From Candidatus Saccharibacteria bacterium RIFCSPHIGHO2_12_FULL_41_12 (GTDB lineage Bacteria; Patescibacteriota; Saccharimonadia; Saccharimonadales; 2-12-FULL-41-12): a DNA stretch of 64,000 nucleotides. The stretch is from positions 81,491-145,490 of the forward strand of contig MGCQ01000009.1 of assembly GCA_001790445.1 (NCBI GenBank), read 5' to 3'. Below the pieces are notes generated by a model that worked only from the letters and a program-made list of their open reading frames with translations, did no database searches and had not been told where the DNA came from. Both the position numbers and the translations under genes were made by a program. This document shows, piece by piece, positions 38,771-48,768 of the stretch (position 1 is its first letter; each line of letters opens with the position of its first letter).

Positions 38771-39412
38771 ATGGCAGATATTTACGTTTTTGGGGACAGC
38801 ATAGGATATGGAGCAGTTGATGTTAAGGGTGGTTGGGCAGATCGGCTTAAGCAATATTTACATAAGCAAAAAACAGACAATCCTGAAGGGCCTTTTACGG
38901 AAGTTTATAATTTGTCGGTTGACGGTGACACATCAAGCGATGTTGCCAGACGCATAAAAAACGAATTAGCGGTCAGACGAAAACCTTGGTCAACGCCTGA
39001 AGATCTTGTGGTTATAGCCATAGGCGATAACGATGCTTGTGCAGAAGGTTCGCCAGACGGCTACAAAGCTTCCACTGAAGAATATCAAAATAACTTAAAT
39101 ATAATCTATGAGGTTGTTAAATCTTTTGATCTAGAAATAGCATTTGTTGGCTTGGTCGCAGTAGACGAAACAAAAGCCAATCCATGTGTTTGGGGTGAGT
39201 ACTATATAAAAAATGATCGAGTAGAATTGTTTGATAAGGTCCAGTTAGATTTTTGTAAAGACAATCATGCTTCTAGGATTGAGCTTTTTCCGATAACTTT
39301 ATTGTCGGAATATCAAAAAAACCTTTTTGATGGGGTGCACCCAAATTCCAATGGACATAAAATACTATTCGAGCAAATCCAGCCGTTTATAACGCAGCTA
39401 TTGCAAAAATAA
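38771..39412 (+). CDS. SGNH/GDSL hydrolase
   Basis: FGDSI, GDND, DGVHP. Confidence 0.9.
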   Translation: MADIYVFGDSIGYGAVDVKGGWADRLKQYLHKQKTDNPEGPFTEVYNLSVDGDTSSDVARRIKNELAVRRKPWSTPEDLVVIAIGDNDACAEGSPDGYKASTEEYQNNLNIIYEVVKSFDLEIAFVGLVAVDETKANPCVWGEYYIKNDRVELFDKVQLDFCKDNHASRIELFPITLLSEYQKNLFDGVHPNSNGHKILFEQIQPFITQLLQK

Positions 39413-39438
39413 CTCTTGCATGTGGTAGAATATAAGTA

Positions 39439-40407
39439 ATGGTTGATGTTAAAAACAAGAGACTAATGGTTCTAGCCGGTAGTCATTATCCCGAGTTAGC
39501 GGATAAGATTGCTGCAAAACTAGGCATCAAAGTTAGCAACTCTCAATTCCAAAGATTTGCCAATGGCGAGATAAAGTTTCAACTGGATGAGTCGGTTCGT
39601 GGGGCCGACGTTTTTATTTTTCAGGCGCATAATGGTTCTGTGGCAGAGGCTATCGTTGAGCAGGCAGTTTTGATTGACGCGGCAAAGCGAGCATCTGCAG
39701 CTCATATTACTGCAGTTTGTCCGTTCTTTGGTTACGCACGTCAAGACCGCAAGTCCAAAGGCAGAGAACCGATAACCGCTAGGTTAGTCGTTGATATTCT
39801 CAGTGTGGCTGGAGCAAATCGAATTGTCAGTGTGGATCTGCATTCTGGGCAAATTCAGGGGTTCTTGAACGGACCTTTCGACCATTTAATAGCACTTCCG
39901 GCAATTGCCAGGCATATAAAGAAGAGATTTGGCAGCGACTGTGTGATGGTCTCACCAGATGCTGGACGTGTAAAGTTGACGGAGCGTTACGCCAGCCGGC
40001 TTGGGGTAGACATTGCCATTGTTCACAAAAGACGAGTCAAGAATAATCAAGCAGAAGCGTTGGATGTAATTGGTGATATTAAGGGTAAACATTGCGTGAT
40101 CAATGATGACATGATAGATACTGCAGGCACGATATGTGTAGCAGCAGAGATGTTAAAGAAAAAGGGAGCCAAGTCAGTTTCTGTGGTAGCAACACATGGA
40201 TTATTCTCTGGTCCAGCAATAGACAGAATTATTAAATCCGACATTGATTATCTAGCTATTACTGATACCCTGCCGATTCCTGATGATTTGTTAAAATCAT
40301 CAAAAGTAGAAGTTATTTCTGTGGTCGATTTAATTGCCGACGCCATTAAAGCAATTTTTGAAGACGGCTCAGTGTCAGCTCTCTTTGATGGCGAAAACCA
40401 AACATAA
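39439..40407 (+). CDS. prs: Ribose-phosphate pyrophosphokinase
   Basis: FANGE, YARQDRK, DLHSGQIQG, DDMIDTAGT. Confidence 0.97.
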   Translation: MVDVKNKRLMVLAGSHYPELADKIAAKLGIKVSNSQFQRFANGEIKFQLDESVRGADVFIFQAHNGSVAEAIVEQAVLIDAAKRASAAHITAVCPFFGYARQDRKSKGREPITARLVVDILSVAGANRIVSVDLHSGQIQGFLNGPFDHLIALPAIARHIKKRFGSDCVMVSPDAGRVKLTERYASRLGVDIAIVHKRRVKNNQAEALDVIGDIKGKHCVINDDMIDTAGTICVAAEMLKKKGAKSVSVVATHGLFSGPAIDRIIKSDIDYLAITDTLPIPDDLLKSSKVEVISVVDLIADAIKAIFEDGSVSALFDGENQT

Positions 40408-40417
40408 GAACGCTCAA

Positions 40418-40816
40418 ATGGATTGGCAAACAGTAGATAATAATGTCAAAATACTAGCGTCTAAGATTAAGCAAAAACCAGATATCATAGTTGCTGTTGT
40501 TAGGGGCGGCCTAATCCCTGCACGGCTTTTGGCAAAATATCTGCTGGTTAAAGAAATGTATACTCTGACGGTAAAAAAACAAGACGGCAAAAGGCTAGTT
40601 GTCAGTAGTATAAACGAGGATTTAGCAGGCAAAAACGTGCTTGTCGTAGAAGATGTGCTGGAGACAGGCATGAGTCTGGTTGTGGCAAAAGAGTACATTG
40701 AGTCACTTGGTGGGATAGCTAAAACGACGGCACTATTTATTCAGCCAGATACAAAAATTATCCCAGATTATTATCTCGAAGTAAAACAAGAAGTCCCAAT
40801 CTTCCCCTGGGATTAA
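40418..40816 (+). CDS. Type I phosphoribosyltransferase (xanthine/guanine PRT-like)
   Basis: VVRGGLIPA, VVEDVLETG, FPWD. Confidence 0.85.
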   Translation: MDWQTVDNNVKILASKIKQKPDIIVAVVRGGLIPARLLAKYLLVKEMYTLTVKKQDGKRLVVSSINEDLAGKNVLVVEDVLETGMSLVVAKEYIESLGGIAKTTALFIQPDTKIIPDYYLEVKQEVPIFPWD

Positions 40817-40857
40817 ATTCCAAATAAGGCTTTCATCATTCTAATTGACTAACAACC

Positions 40858-40890
40858 TTGCGATTAAAGCCCTGCAGGCTTTAATCGCAA
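40858..40890. repeat. Perfect 14-bp-arm palindrome between convergent genes
   Basis: TTGCGATTAAAGCC-CTGCA-GGCTTTAATCGCAA, no U tract. Confidence 0.75.
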
Positions 40891-40895
40891 TGAAG

Positions 40896-42167
40896 CTAGC
40901 TTGGTCTTTTACCAATATCAGTGCGGTAGTGCACGCCTTCAAAGTGGATCAAATCAACCGCTTTGTAGGCTGTAGCTAGTGCTTCGTTTAGTGTCTCGCC
41001 AGTTGCTGTGACGTTTAAAACTCTGCCCCCGGCTGTCAGGTATTGATCTCCTGCTTTTTTGGTTCCAGCATGAAAGACTATTACATTATCTAATTTTTCC
41101 GCTTCTTCAATTCCTGATATCGGTAGCCCCGTCTGGTATTTACCGGGGTATCCGCCAGATGCAAGGACAACAGTAACGGCGTAGCCAGATTTCCATTGAA
41201 CTTCTTCCGGATCGAGATTACCATCGACACAGGACTCAAAAATTTCAACAATGTCCGAATCAAGTAGTCTCATATAAACTTCTGTTTCTGGATCTCCAAA
41301 CCGAGCGTTAAACTCAACAGTATTAACTTTGTCTCCATCAATCATCAGACCTGGGTAGAGACAGCCAACAAAATTTGCATCTTCGTTTCTGAGTCCGTCC
41401 AAAACAGGTTGGACGATTTTAGTTTTTATAGTTTGCATATTGCTGTCAGTAACCCAATCTATAGGGGCAATTACACCCATGCCTCCCGTGTTCGGACCTT
41501 TGTCTTCGTCAAATATTTGTTTGTGGTCCTGCGAGGTGGGGAAGATAACTGCTTTGTTGCCATCACTCAGTGCGTGGATAGATACCTCCTGCCCCTGCAA
41601 GAAATCCTCAATCACTACTGTGTCACCAGAACTGCCAAATATTTTATCTGACATGATCTCGTCAAGTGCATTTTCTGCCTGGGTCTGATCTTCGCAAATA
41701 ATTACGCCTTTCCCTGCTGCCAACCCGCTGGCTTTTACCACTGTTGGGTATGAGCAACTCTTCAAATACTTTTTTGCCTCGTCAATGTCTGTAAAGTTAA
41801 AGTAATTAGCTGTTGGAATATTATTCTTTTTCATCAAGTCTTTAGAAAAAGCCTTTGATGCTTCAATCTGGGCAGCTGCTTTTGTTGGTCCAAATATCCT
41901 CAGGTCTTCTTTTTGGAATGCATCAACTACACCAACAGCAAGAGCATCGTCCGGACCAACAACTGTCAGATCAATTTGTTTTTCTTTCGCAAAAGCTACT
42001 AATTTATCAACTTCCTTGATACCAATTGCAACATTTTCGGCTAACTCAGAAATTCCCCCGTTGCCTGGTGCTGCGTATATTTTATTGACGCTGGGTGACT
42101 GAGCTATTTTCCAGATGAGAGCGTGCTCGCGTCCACCACCACCAATTACCAGAATCTTCCTATTCAT
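40896..42167 (-). CDS. purD: Phosphoribosylamine-glycine ligase
   Basis: GGGGREHA, GPNTGGMG, EFNARFGDPE. Confidence 0.97.
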   Translation of the reverse strand: MNRKILVIGGGGREHALIWKIAQSPSVNKIYAAPGNGGISELAENVAIGIKEVDKLVAFAKEKQIDLTVVGPDDALAVGVVDAFQKEDLRIFGPTKAAAQIEASKAFSKDLMKKNNIPTANYFNFTDIDEAKKYLKSCSYPTVVKASGLAAGKGVIICEDQTQAENALDEIMSDKIFGSSGDTVVIEDFLQGQEVSIHALSDGNKAVIFPTSQDHKQIFDEDKGPNTGGMGVIAPIDWVTDSNMQTIKTKIVQPVLDGLRNEDANFVGCLYPGLMIDGDKVNTVEFNARFGDPETEVYMRLLDSDIVEIFESCVDGNLDPEEVQWKSGYAVTVVLASGGYPGKYQTGLPISGIEEAEKLDNVIVFHAGTKKAGDQYLTAGGRVLNVTATGETLNEALATAYKAVDLIHFEGVHYRTDIGKRPS

Positions 42168-42823
42168 TATTTGGGTCCTTGTAAATATTCTATACGGTTT
42201 TTGATAAAATCATCAATATCCTTGGGTAAATATGCTTTTTCTGCAATCTGGACTTTGGCAAACAGACTATCAGCAGTATCTCCAGGGGTTACTTCAACTT
42301 TGTGCATTGCTACAATTGGACCCTCGTCATAATTTTCTGACACCACATGTAGCGTCTGACCAGAAAATCCTAGATTATTATCAAGAACATGTTGCTGGAC
42401 GTTTTTCCCGTATAAGCCAGCAGATTCTGGTAAGAGCCCTGGGTGTGTATTGAGCATCATAGCTTGGTAGGGGCTAGTGTACTCTGGTCTCCAGCCGAAC
42501 TCATGGACCAACTTTGTCCCAAGTTTTTTCATGTACCCCATGAGTGCGATAAGGTCAAACCTTCCATTACTTAACATGTTAAGTATCGCTTCTTCTTCGT
42601 CCTTTGGGTCGGGATAATTGTCTTTGCCAATGTAGGCACATTTTATGTCTAAATTATGACGTTTATTAAGATTTTCTATGAGGTCAAATATTCCTGCAGA
42701 CTTGTTGCTGCAGATAACCAGTTTTACTTGAGATTCAATATCTCCTCTGACACTTGTGAGTATAAATGCTTCCGCCGTAGTCCCAGAACCAGACGCGAGT
42801 ATGGCAATTTTTGGATTAGACAT
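42167..42823 (-). CDS. purN: GAR formyltransferase
   Basis: ASGSGT, GYMK, NTHPGLLP, YDEGP. Confidence 0.92.
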   Translation of the reverse strand: MSNPKIAILASGSGTTAEAFILTSVRGDIESQVKLVICSNKSAGIFDLIENLNKRHNLDIKCAYIGKDNYPDPKDEEEAILNMLSNGRFDLIALMGYMKKLGTKLVHEFGWRPEYTSPYQAMMLNTHPGLLPESAGLYGKNVQQHVLDNNLGFSGQTLHVVSENYDEGPIVAMHKVEVTPGDTADSLFAKVQIAEKAYLPKDIDDFIKNRIEYLQGPK

Positions 42824-42831
42824 ATGCCCCC

Positions 42832-44280
42832 TCAGGCGTGTGACTCGACCAAGTTATTTGCACGATTTACAGAATCAAAATTATCGGCTATTTTTGTAAC
42901 TTCCGTGGCTCGGTTGCCAATATCAACAGGGTAAACTCCGTTAAAAAATGATAAAGAAAAGCTATCTGCCGGAAGCCCCGTTGTGCCTACCATGCCATCA
43001 ATTGACAAAAAATTTAGGGAATCGGCTCCCAAGTGCATACACATTTCGTCGATGCTCATCCTTGAAGCAATTAGCTCACTTTGCAGTGGCGTATTGATAC
43101 CGTAAAAGTCTGGATATCGGATGGGTGGGGAACTAATTGCCAAATGTACTTCTTTGGCCCCTGCAGATTTAAGCATCTCAATGACTTGTCGCATGGTTGT
43201 GCCACGTACGATTGAGTCATCAACCAAAATTACTCGCTTGTCTTTAATCGCATCTATAACTGGGTTAAGCTTCATTTTGACGTCTCTTTTTCTTAGTTCA
43301 TCGGTTGGTTGAATAAAAGTTCGGTTAATGTATCTGTTTTTGACCAGCCCCAAGCCAAATTTGATGCCACTTTGTTGTGAGTATCCTAAGGCCGCCGGAA
43401 CAGAAGAGTCAGGTACTGGCACGACAACATCTGCTTCAATATTGAATTCGCGGGCCATTTGTTTGCCCATATTTTCTCTGATTGTGCTAACATTTTTGCC
43501 CATAATCACGCTATCAGGTCGCGCAAAATAAACGAATTCAAAAATATCAAATTTGGGGTTTGGTGCAGTTGCTTGTTCAGAATGTAGCCCATCTCTGTCT
43601 ATAAATACTATTTCTCCGGGGTTCACATCGCGGACATAAGATGCGCCGATGGTATCAAAAGCACATGTTTCCGATGCCACTACATACCCACCATTTTCTA
43701 GTTGCCCAATTGACAGCGGGCGTATGCCGCACTCATCGCGGAATGCGACTAGCTGGGTTTTGTCCATAGCCACGCACGAAAATACCCCTGTTAGTAAGGG
43801 GTATGCTTGTTTGATCGCTTGGGGAAGTGCCACACCTTGGCTCATAAAGCACCCAATTGCCACATGCATCATTTGTGAGTCATTAAGGTCATCTTTGTAC
43901 AGATTATTTTGTTTTAGGAATTCAATCAATTTGCTGCAGTCTGGTAGGTTGCCGTTGTGTGCCATGGCAAACTGTCGATCCTTGTCCAAAAATGGTTGCA
44001 AATAGTCCCCGTCAGTTTCTCCGGATGTGGCATAGCGGTTATGCCCAATTGCAATTGATCCGTGTAGCTCAGAAAGATCTTCCTCTGTATAGACATGAGC
44101 AACAAGTCCAAAGTTAGCGTAGCTGTGTAAGTTTTGTCCGTCACTACTGACGATGCCAGAGCCTTCTTGACCCCTATGCTGCAGAGCCCAGAGACCGAAA
44201 TAAGCCGTTCGTGCTGCGTCTTCGGATCCGTAGATTCCGAATACTGCACATTTTTCGCTTAATTTATGGTCTATAGCCAC
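42832..44280 (-). CDS. purF: Amidophosphoribosyltransferase
   Basis: EK|CAVFG, QHRGQE, HNRYAT, HNGN, VDDSIVRGTT. Confidence 0.97.
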   Translation of the reverse strand: MAIDHKLSEKCAVFGIYGSEDAARTAYFGLWALQHRGQEGSGIVSSDGQNLHSYANFGLVAHVYTEEDLSELHGSIAIGHNRYATSGETDGDYLQPFLDKDRQFAMAHNGNLPDCSKLIEFLKQNNLYKDDLNDSQMMHVAIGCFMSQGVALPQAIKQAYPLLTGVFSCVAMDKTQLVAFRDECGIRPLSIGQLENGGYVVASETCAFDTIGASYVRDVNPGEIVFIDRDGLHSEQATAPNPKFDIFEFVYFARPDSVIMGKNVSTIRENMGKQMAREFNIEADVVVPVPDSSVPAALGYSQQSGIKFGLGLVKNRYINRTFIQPTDELRKRDVKMKLNPVIDAIKDKRVILVDDSIVRGTTMRQVIEMLKSAGAKEVHLAISSPPIRYPDFYGINTPLQSELIASRMSIDEMCMHLGADSLNFLSIDGMVGTTGLPADSFSLSFFNGVYPVDIGNRATEVTKIADNFDSVNRANNLVESHA

Positions 44281-44419
44281 TGAAGCTGATAATCCTTTGT
44301 CACTTTAGATTACTAAGGTTGTATTATAGCAAATTATCCCAATGAATAGCAAAGAGAAAGAACAAAGGATATTATATATCCTCTTGTTTTACACCAGGAG
44401 ATTGCTTATAATAAACATT

Positions 44420-44845
44420 GTGAATGATCGTCAAATAATTGGTATAACCCTTTGGTGGGCTGAGGGAACAAAATCACGTAGAGATAAGCGTTGGCCGAAA
44501 GCTGTGACATATCCAATAGAAGTTACAAACACTGATCCAAGAATTATTCAAATATTTCTTGATATGCTTCGCAAGGATATTGGTATAGATGAGTCAAAAC
44601 TGCGTGTTCAAATCCAGATTCACAAAGGAGATGATCAGGAAAAACTTGAAAAATACTGGAGTTTAATTACTCAGCTACCAGTTTCAAAATTTAATAAAAC
44701 AATAGTTAGACCCACAGGTAACAAGCCCGGGAAAAGTAATGGTACCTGTAAAGTACGATTTTCTGATAAAATAGTATATGAAAGGCTAGAGAAGCTTCTT
44801 CATGAAGCTATCTCCAGCGTATCGGGGTGTGGCGCAGTTGGCTAG
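44420..44845 (+). CDS. LAGLIDADG-like protein overlapping tRNA-Pro
   Basis: IGITLWWAEGTK motif, VTNTDPRII..F, LEKYWS, GTCKV; probable leaderless GTG 44420 after TTGTTT-17-TATAAT. Confidence 0.7.
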   Translation: MNDRQIIGITLWWAEGTKSRRDKRWPKAVTYPIEVTNTDPRIIQIFLDMLRKDIGIDESKLRVQIQIHKGDDQEKLEKYWSLITQLPVSKFNKTIVRPTGNKPGKSNGTCKVRFSDKIVYERLEKLLHEAISSVSGCGAVG

Positions 44846-44899
44846 CGCGGACGGTTTGGGACCGTCAGGTCGAAGGTTCGAGTCCTTTCACCCCGACCA
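44823..44899 (+). tRNA. tRNA-Pro(UGG)
   Basis: CGGGGTG/CACCCCG acceptor, GACGG-TTTGGGA-CCGTC, CCA. Confidence 0.97.
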
Positions 44900-44904
44900 T
44901 CAAA

Positions 44905-44932
44905 AGAGTCGAGTATTTTGCTCGGCTTTTTT
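44905..44932 (+). terminator. Intrinsic terminator after tRNA-Pro
   Basis: AGTCGAGT-ATTTT-GCTCGGCT followed by T run. Confidence 0.75.
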
Positions 44933-44982
44933 AATGGTTGAAGAATTCGTGGCAGGGTCTATAATGACGGAGAGCAACACTT

Positions 44983-45267
44983 ATGAAAGCAGGAAATTTT
45001 GAAGGAGAACGAAAAGGCGATAATCCTGAGAAGGATAGGTTTGCAGGTTTTGAGATGCCACCCGAGGAGCTTATTGATCGTTTAGGTATAGACCCCAAAG
45101 ATTTTATTACACTTGGGTATACTCCTCCAGAGGAAAGAGTAGGAGTGATGTTAGAAATTGATGATGATGAATTTGAGGAGGCAAAACGAAATCCTGCATG
45201 GATAAAGTTCAGGGAAGAAGCTAGAGAATATAGAGAACAACTGGATTCAAAAAATAGAGGGAGGTAG
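44983..45267 (+). CDS. Hypothetical protein
   Basis: 94 aa acidic ORF. Confidence 0.6.
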   Translation: MKAGNFEGERKGDNPEKDRFAGFEMPPEELIDRLGIDPKDFITLGYTPPEERVGVMLEIDDDEFEEAKRNPAWIKFREEAREYREQLDSKNRGR

Positions 45268-45340
45268 TAAATATAAACTTCAAGTTATGTAAAAAGCTCA
45301 TGCTTGCATAAAGCATTCAATACGACATATTATCTAGTGA

Positions 45341-46114
45341 ATGCCAAACCCAGAATATCCACATGCAGAAATAGACAAAGACGCAGGAGAGTGCCGACAA
45401 CTGGCGGCGATAATATTTGACAATCCAGATGTTGGCGAACAAATTGACACAACGTATGTACCTTTAAAATTTTATGATCCCAATGCATTTTCTAATTATT
45501 TTCTTCGGTTTGTCGCAGGATATAGCGATGGAACCGGTATGGGTAGTATTGAGGTGGTTGAGCGTTTAGTGGTTAATGGACATGACAATTTAATGATGCA
45601 ATGTTCCGTCAGTGAAAATGGTGATTTTGTTTTTGAACCGACGCGTGATGAACTTAATGATTTGTCTCGTTTTGATTGGCCCTATGTATTTTCTGCTCCG
45701 CAAATTGAACGATGTTTGCATAACTTTAGAAACCCGAGAGATGATAGAGAAATAGAGCCAGAAACATTACTCACAGAGTTGATGTATCCACGAGATACAG
45801 GGCGGGCGAAGCCTCATATTAGAGTCAAAGAAGTAAAAAATCTTGAAATTCAAGAATTTGAAATAGATTTTTTGCACCGAGTCCATGCAATGCCAAGAGA
45901 GCTAGCAAATAGTATGAATACGAATCTTTCTTCTGGAGAGCTACTGAAGATGTCTGTTCGTTATAAGGGCAAAGATTATCTACAAGCAACGATAGCTTTT
46001 AATGGTAAGGGCGAAATTATAGGTATTGGCAGGCAGGCGAAAAAGGATTTTGCAAAATACATTAAACTGCCCGCAGAACTCAAGGGATATCTCTTTAACC
46101 AGCCGGCTGACTAA
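45341..46114 (+). CDS. Hypothetical protein
   Basis: 257 aa ORF, no recognised motif. Confidence 0.65.
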   Translation: MPNPEYPHAEIDKDAGECRQLAAIIFDNPDVGEQIDTTYVPLKFYDPNAFSNYFLRFVAGYSDGTGMGSIEVVERLVVNGHDNLMMQCSVSENGDFVFEPTRDELNDLSRFDWPYVFSAPQIERCLHNFRNPRDDREIEPETLLTELMYPRDTGRAKPHIRVKEVKNLEIQEFEIDFLHRVHAMPRELANSMNTNLSSGELLKMSVRYKGKDYLQATIAFNGKGEIIGIGRQAKKDFAKYIKLPAELKGYLFNQPAD

Positions 46115-46124
46115 GAAGATTTAC

Positions 46125-46691
46125 TTAAGATTTACCTTGTTTTTTGTACCATTTGGCGAAATCCTCCCAGATGGCTAGGGGCTCTTTGCCTGTGTAGTGG
46201 GTATTATTGCCGATGATCTGGGCGATACTTTTGCCAGAGGCGTCAAGGCTGACAATTTGTTGAATTGGTGGAAGATTTTTGTTACCTCTAGCTTTGTCTA
46301 ACAAAGTGCCTTCTATTTTCTTCACAAACAATTTGCTAGATTTGTCGTCTTGGTAAACAAGGCTTTGGACAAAGATGATACGCTTATCTGTCAGGGGTCG
46401 GGTTAAACGCAAGTAATCATCAACAGTAAACCAAGTATTGATTGATTTTGCATAAGTGCCGGGGAATCCTCTGAGTCCAGATATTTCCCATGCGTCGTCA
46501 CTAACCACAACAGGTCTCCTAACAAGTGCATAGGCGTTTTTGGCTTTATCTTGAGCAACTCTGATGACGTCTTCTGATTGGATTTCATCTATTTCTACAA
46601 TCTTTTGGGTCAGATTGATGCCATATTCTTTGCAGACCGCATGGCCTTTAGCGAACTTTTGGCTATTTGTTGTACAAAAAATAAGCTCCAT
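46125..46691 (-). CDS. Ham1/RdgB-like non-canonical NTP pyrophosphatase
   Basis: FCTTNSQK, EIQ, DKAKNA, SDD..GLRGFPGTY; lacks the SHR motif. Confidence 0.78.
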   Translation of the reverse strand: MELIFCTTNSQKFAKGHAVCKEYGINLTQKIVEIDEIQSEDVIRVAQDKAKNAYALVRRPVVVSDDAWEISGLRGFPGTYAKSINTWFTVDDYLRLTRPLTDKRIIFVQSLVYQDDKSSKLFVKKIEGTLLDKARGNKNLPPIQQIVSLDASGKSIAQIIGNNTHYTGKEPLAIWEDFAKWYKKQGKS

Positions 46692-46757
46692 AGTTGCGTA
46701 TATTTTAACAGATTACGATAAGGCTGGTATAGGCATTGATTGCTATAATAGAATGCG

Positions 46758-48023
46758 ATGGTTAAGAAATCTACGGTTTTTATCGGTAAAGGGATGCGAG
46801 TTGCTTCAAGGTTAAAGGGCGGCGGCTCGGCGTTGCCGGGGCTAGCTGTTGAGAAAATAGACAGGGGTTTCTTGAAACGAGCACTAGGTAAATTGCCCTA
46901 CGGTGTAGTTGTGATCAGCGGGACAAATGGTAAGACCACTACGGCTAAGATAGTTGCAGAATTATTAGAAAGCCAGGGCTACAAAGTCTTCACTAACTCA
47001 ACTGGCAGTAACTTCAAAAGAGGGGTTATTTCTGCGTTGATCAGTGGGATGAATCTGTCTGGTAAGCTGGATGCTGACATTGCAGTGCTGGAACTTGACG
47101 AGGCCCACGCAGTGCATTTTGTAGAAGAGATAAAACCAAAATACTGTTTGCTTTTAAATGTCATGCGCGATCAACTAGATAGATTTGGCGAGATAGACAC
47201 AACGGCCGAAATGCTCCAGAAAATTGCCTCTGCTACGACGGATACGGTGGTGCTGAACCGCGAAGATGCTCGTATTCGTGCTATTTCTGACAAGCTGGTT
47301 GATCAAAAGGTAGAATTTTTCGGGATGGACGATAGATTACGATCGAGTTTTCCAAACGACGACGAACTATATGGTGCGAAAAAACGCGAAGTATCTCAAG
47401 TTGCTAGTGTTATTCTTAACGATTTCCAAAATAATAATGCAGAATTTTTGGTTGATGGTAAATCGTTTCAGACAAAACTCAGGATTAACGGCATCTATAA
47501 TATTTTTAACGTTGCTGCAGCTATTTGCTTGGTTAGGGTAATTTGTAGTAGTAAGCTCAATACAGGCACCCTAATTGAGTGCTTAGAGAATATACAGCCA
47601 GCCTTCGGACGTGGTGAGGTGATCAAGGTTGCAGGTCAGCCACTCGAGCTTATACTGGTTAAAAACCCAGTGGGGTTTCGGCTTGGTCTCAAATCTTTTC
47701 AAGCTAAAGATGCTGCGACAATGATCGCTATTAATGATAATTATGCCGATGGGCGAGACATGTCGTGGCTTTGGGATGTAGATTTTAGTTCTTTGGCGCC
47801 TAAAGTTGCTGTTGTCAGTGGAATTCGCGCTTATGACATGGCGTTGAGGCTACAATACGATGGCATAGAGGCAGAATTTGTTGAGTCAAGTCTGTCAAAA
47901 GCACTTAACAAGTTAATCACTGCAAATGCCAATAAGCCCAAGAGAATTTACTGCACATATACAGCAATGTTAGAGCTCCGCGGATATCTCAGAAAAATAA
48001 CCAAAATGGAGCGAGTTTTATGA
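46758..48023 (+). CDS. murT: Lipid II isoglutaminyl synthase subunit MurT
   Basis: SGTNGKTTT, RDQLDRFGE, ADGRDMSWLWD (DUF1727). Confidence 0.93.
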   Translation: MVKKSTVFIGKGMRVASRLKGGGSALPGLAVEKIDRGFLKRALGKLPYGVVVISGTNGKTTTAKIVAELLESQGYKVFTNSTGSNFKRGVISALISGMNLSGKLDADIAVLELDEAHAVHFVEEIKPKYCLLLNVMRDQLDRFGEIDTTAEMLQKIASATTDTVVLNREDARIRAISDKLVDQKVEFFGMDDRLRSSFPNDDELYGAKKREVSQVASVILNDFQNNNAEFLVDGKSFQTKLRINGIYNIFNVAAAICLVRVICSSKLNTGTLIECLENIQPAFGRGEVIKVAGQPLELILVKNPVGFRLGLKSFQAKDAATMIAINDNYADGRDMSWLWDVDFSSLAPKVAVVSGIRAYDMALRLQYDGIEAEFVESSLSKALNKLITANANKPKRIYCTYTAMLELRGYLRKITKMERVL

Positions 48024-48742
48024 GCAAAGTAGCGGTGAGATTGTTGCAACTTTATCCCAGAGAAATGAATATCTATGGTGACTGGGGCAACGCTTTGACA
48101 CTTAAAAAACGCCTACAGTGGCGAGGATACGAAGTTGAGCTTTTAGAACACCGTCCTGGGCAGGCTTTTCCAAAGGATGTCGATTTAATAGTTGGCGGAG
48201 GCGGCCAAGATTCTGGTCAAGAAAAAATACGTGATGATTTATTGAAAATAGGCGATGAATTGCATAAACTTGCGGACAGTGGGATACCGATGTTGATGAT
48301 TTGTGGGATGTATCAGCTTTTTGGTAGATTTTTTGAAACGGTTGAAGGTGACAAAATTGAAGGAATCAGTATTTTTGGAGCCCAGACTGTCGCTGGACCA
48401 AAGCGATTAATCGGCAATATTGTGACCGAAAGCGCCCAATTCGGAGAGATTATTGGGTATGAAAATCACAGTGGGCTGACTATTCTCGATGATACTCAGC
48501 CGGCCCTGGCGCATGTAGTTAAAGGTGCAGGGAATAACGGCAAAGATCACTTAGAAGGAGCAATATATAAAAATGTTATAGGTAGTTATCTGCACGGCTC
48601 TTTGCTACCCAAAAACCCCAGACTTGCAGACTGGCTTATTGAAAAAGCAGTAGTCAATAAATTTGGTGAATTTGATCCCAAACCGATTAACGATGACCTC
48701 GCAATCCAAGCCCGCAAGACAGCGATATCACTCAAGAGATAA
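48020..48742 (+). CDS. gatD: Glutamine amidotransferase GatD
   Basis: MNIYGDWGN, CGMYQ, YENHSG, YLHGSLLPKNP. Confidence 0.93.
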   Translation: MSKVAVRLLQLYPREMNIYGDWGNALTLKKRLQWRGYEVELLEHRPGQAFPKDVDLIVGGGGQDSGQEKIRDDLLKIGDELHKLADSGIPMLMICGMYQLFGRFFETVEGDKIEGISIFGAQTVAGPKRLIGNIVTESAQFGEIIGYENHSGLTILDDTQPALAHVVKGAGNNGKDHLEGAIYKNVIGSYLHGSLLPKNPRLADWLIEKAVVNKFGEFDPKPINDDLAIQARKTAISLKR

Positions 48743-48768
48743 AGATTATATCTAACAACTATTGCGCT

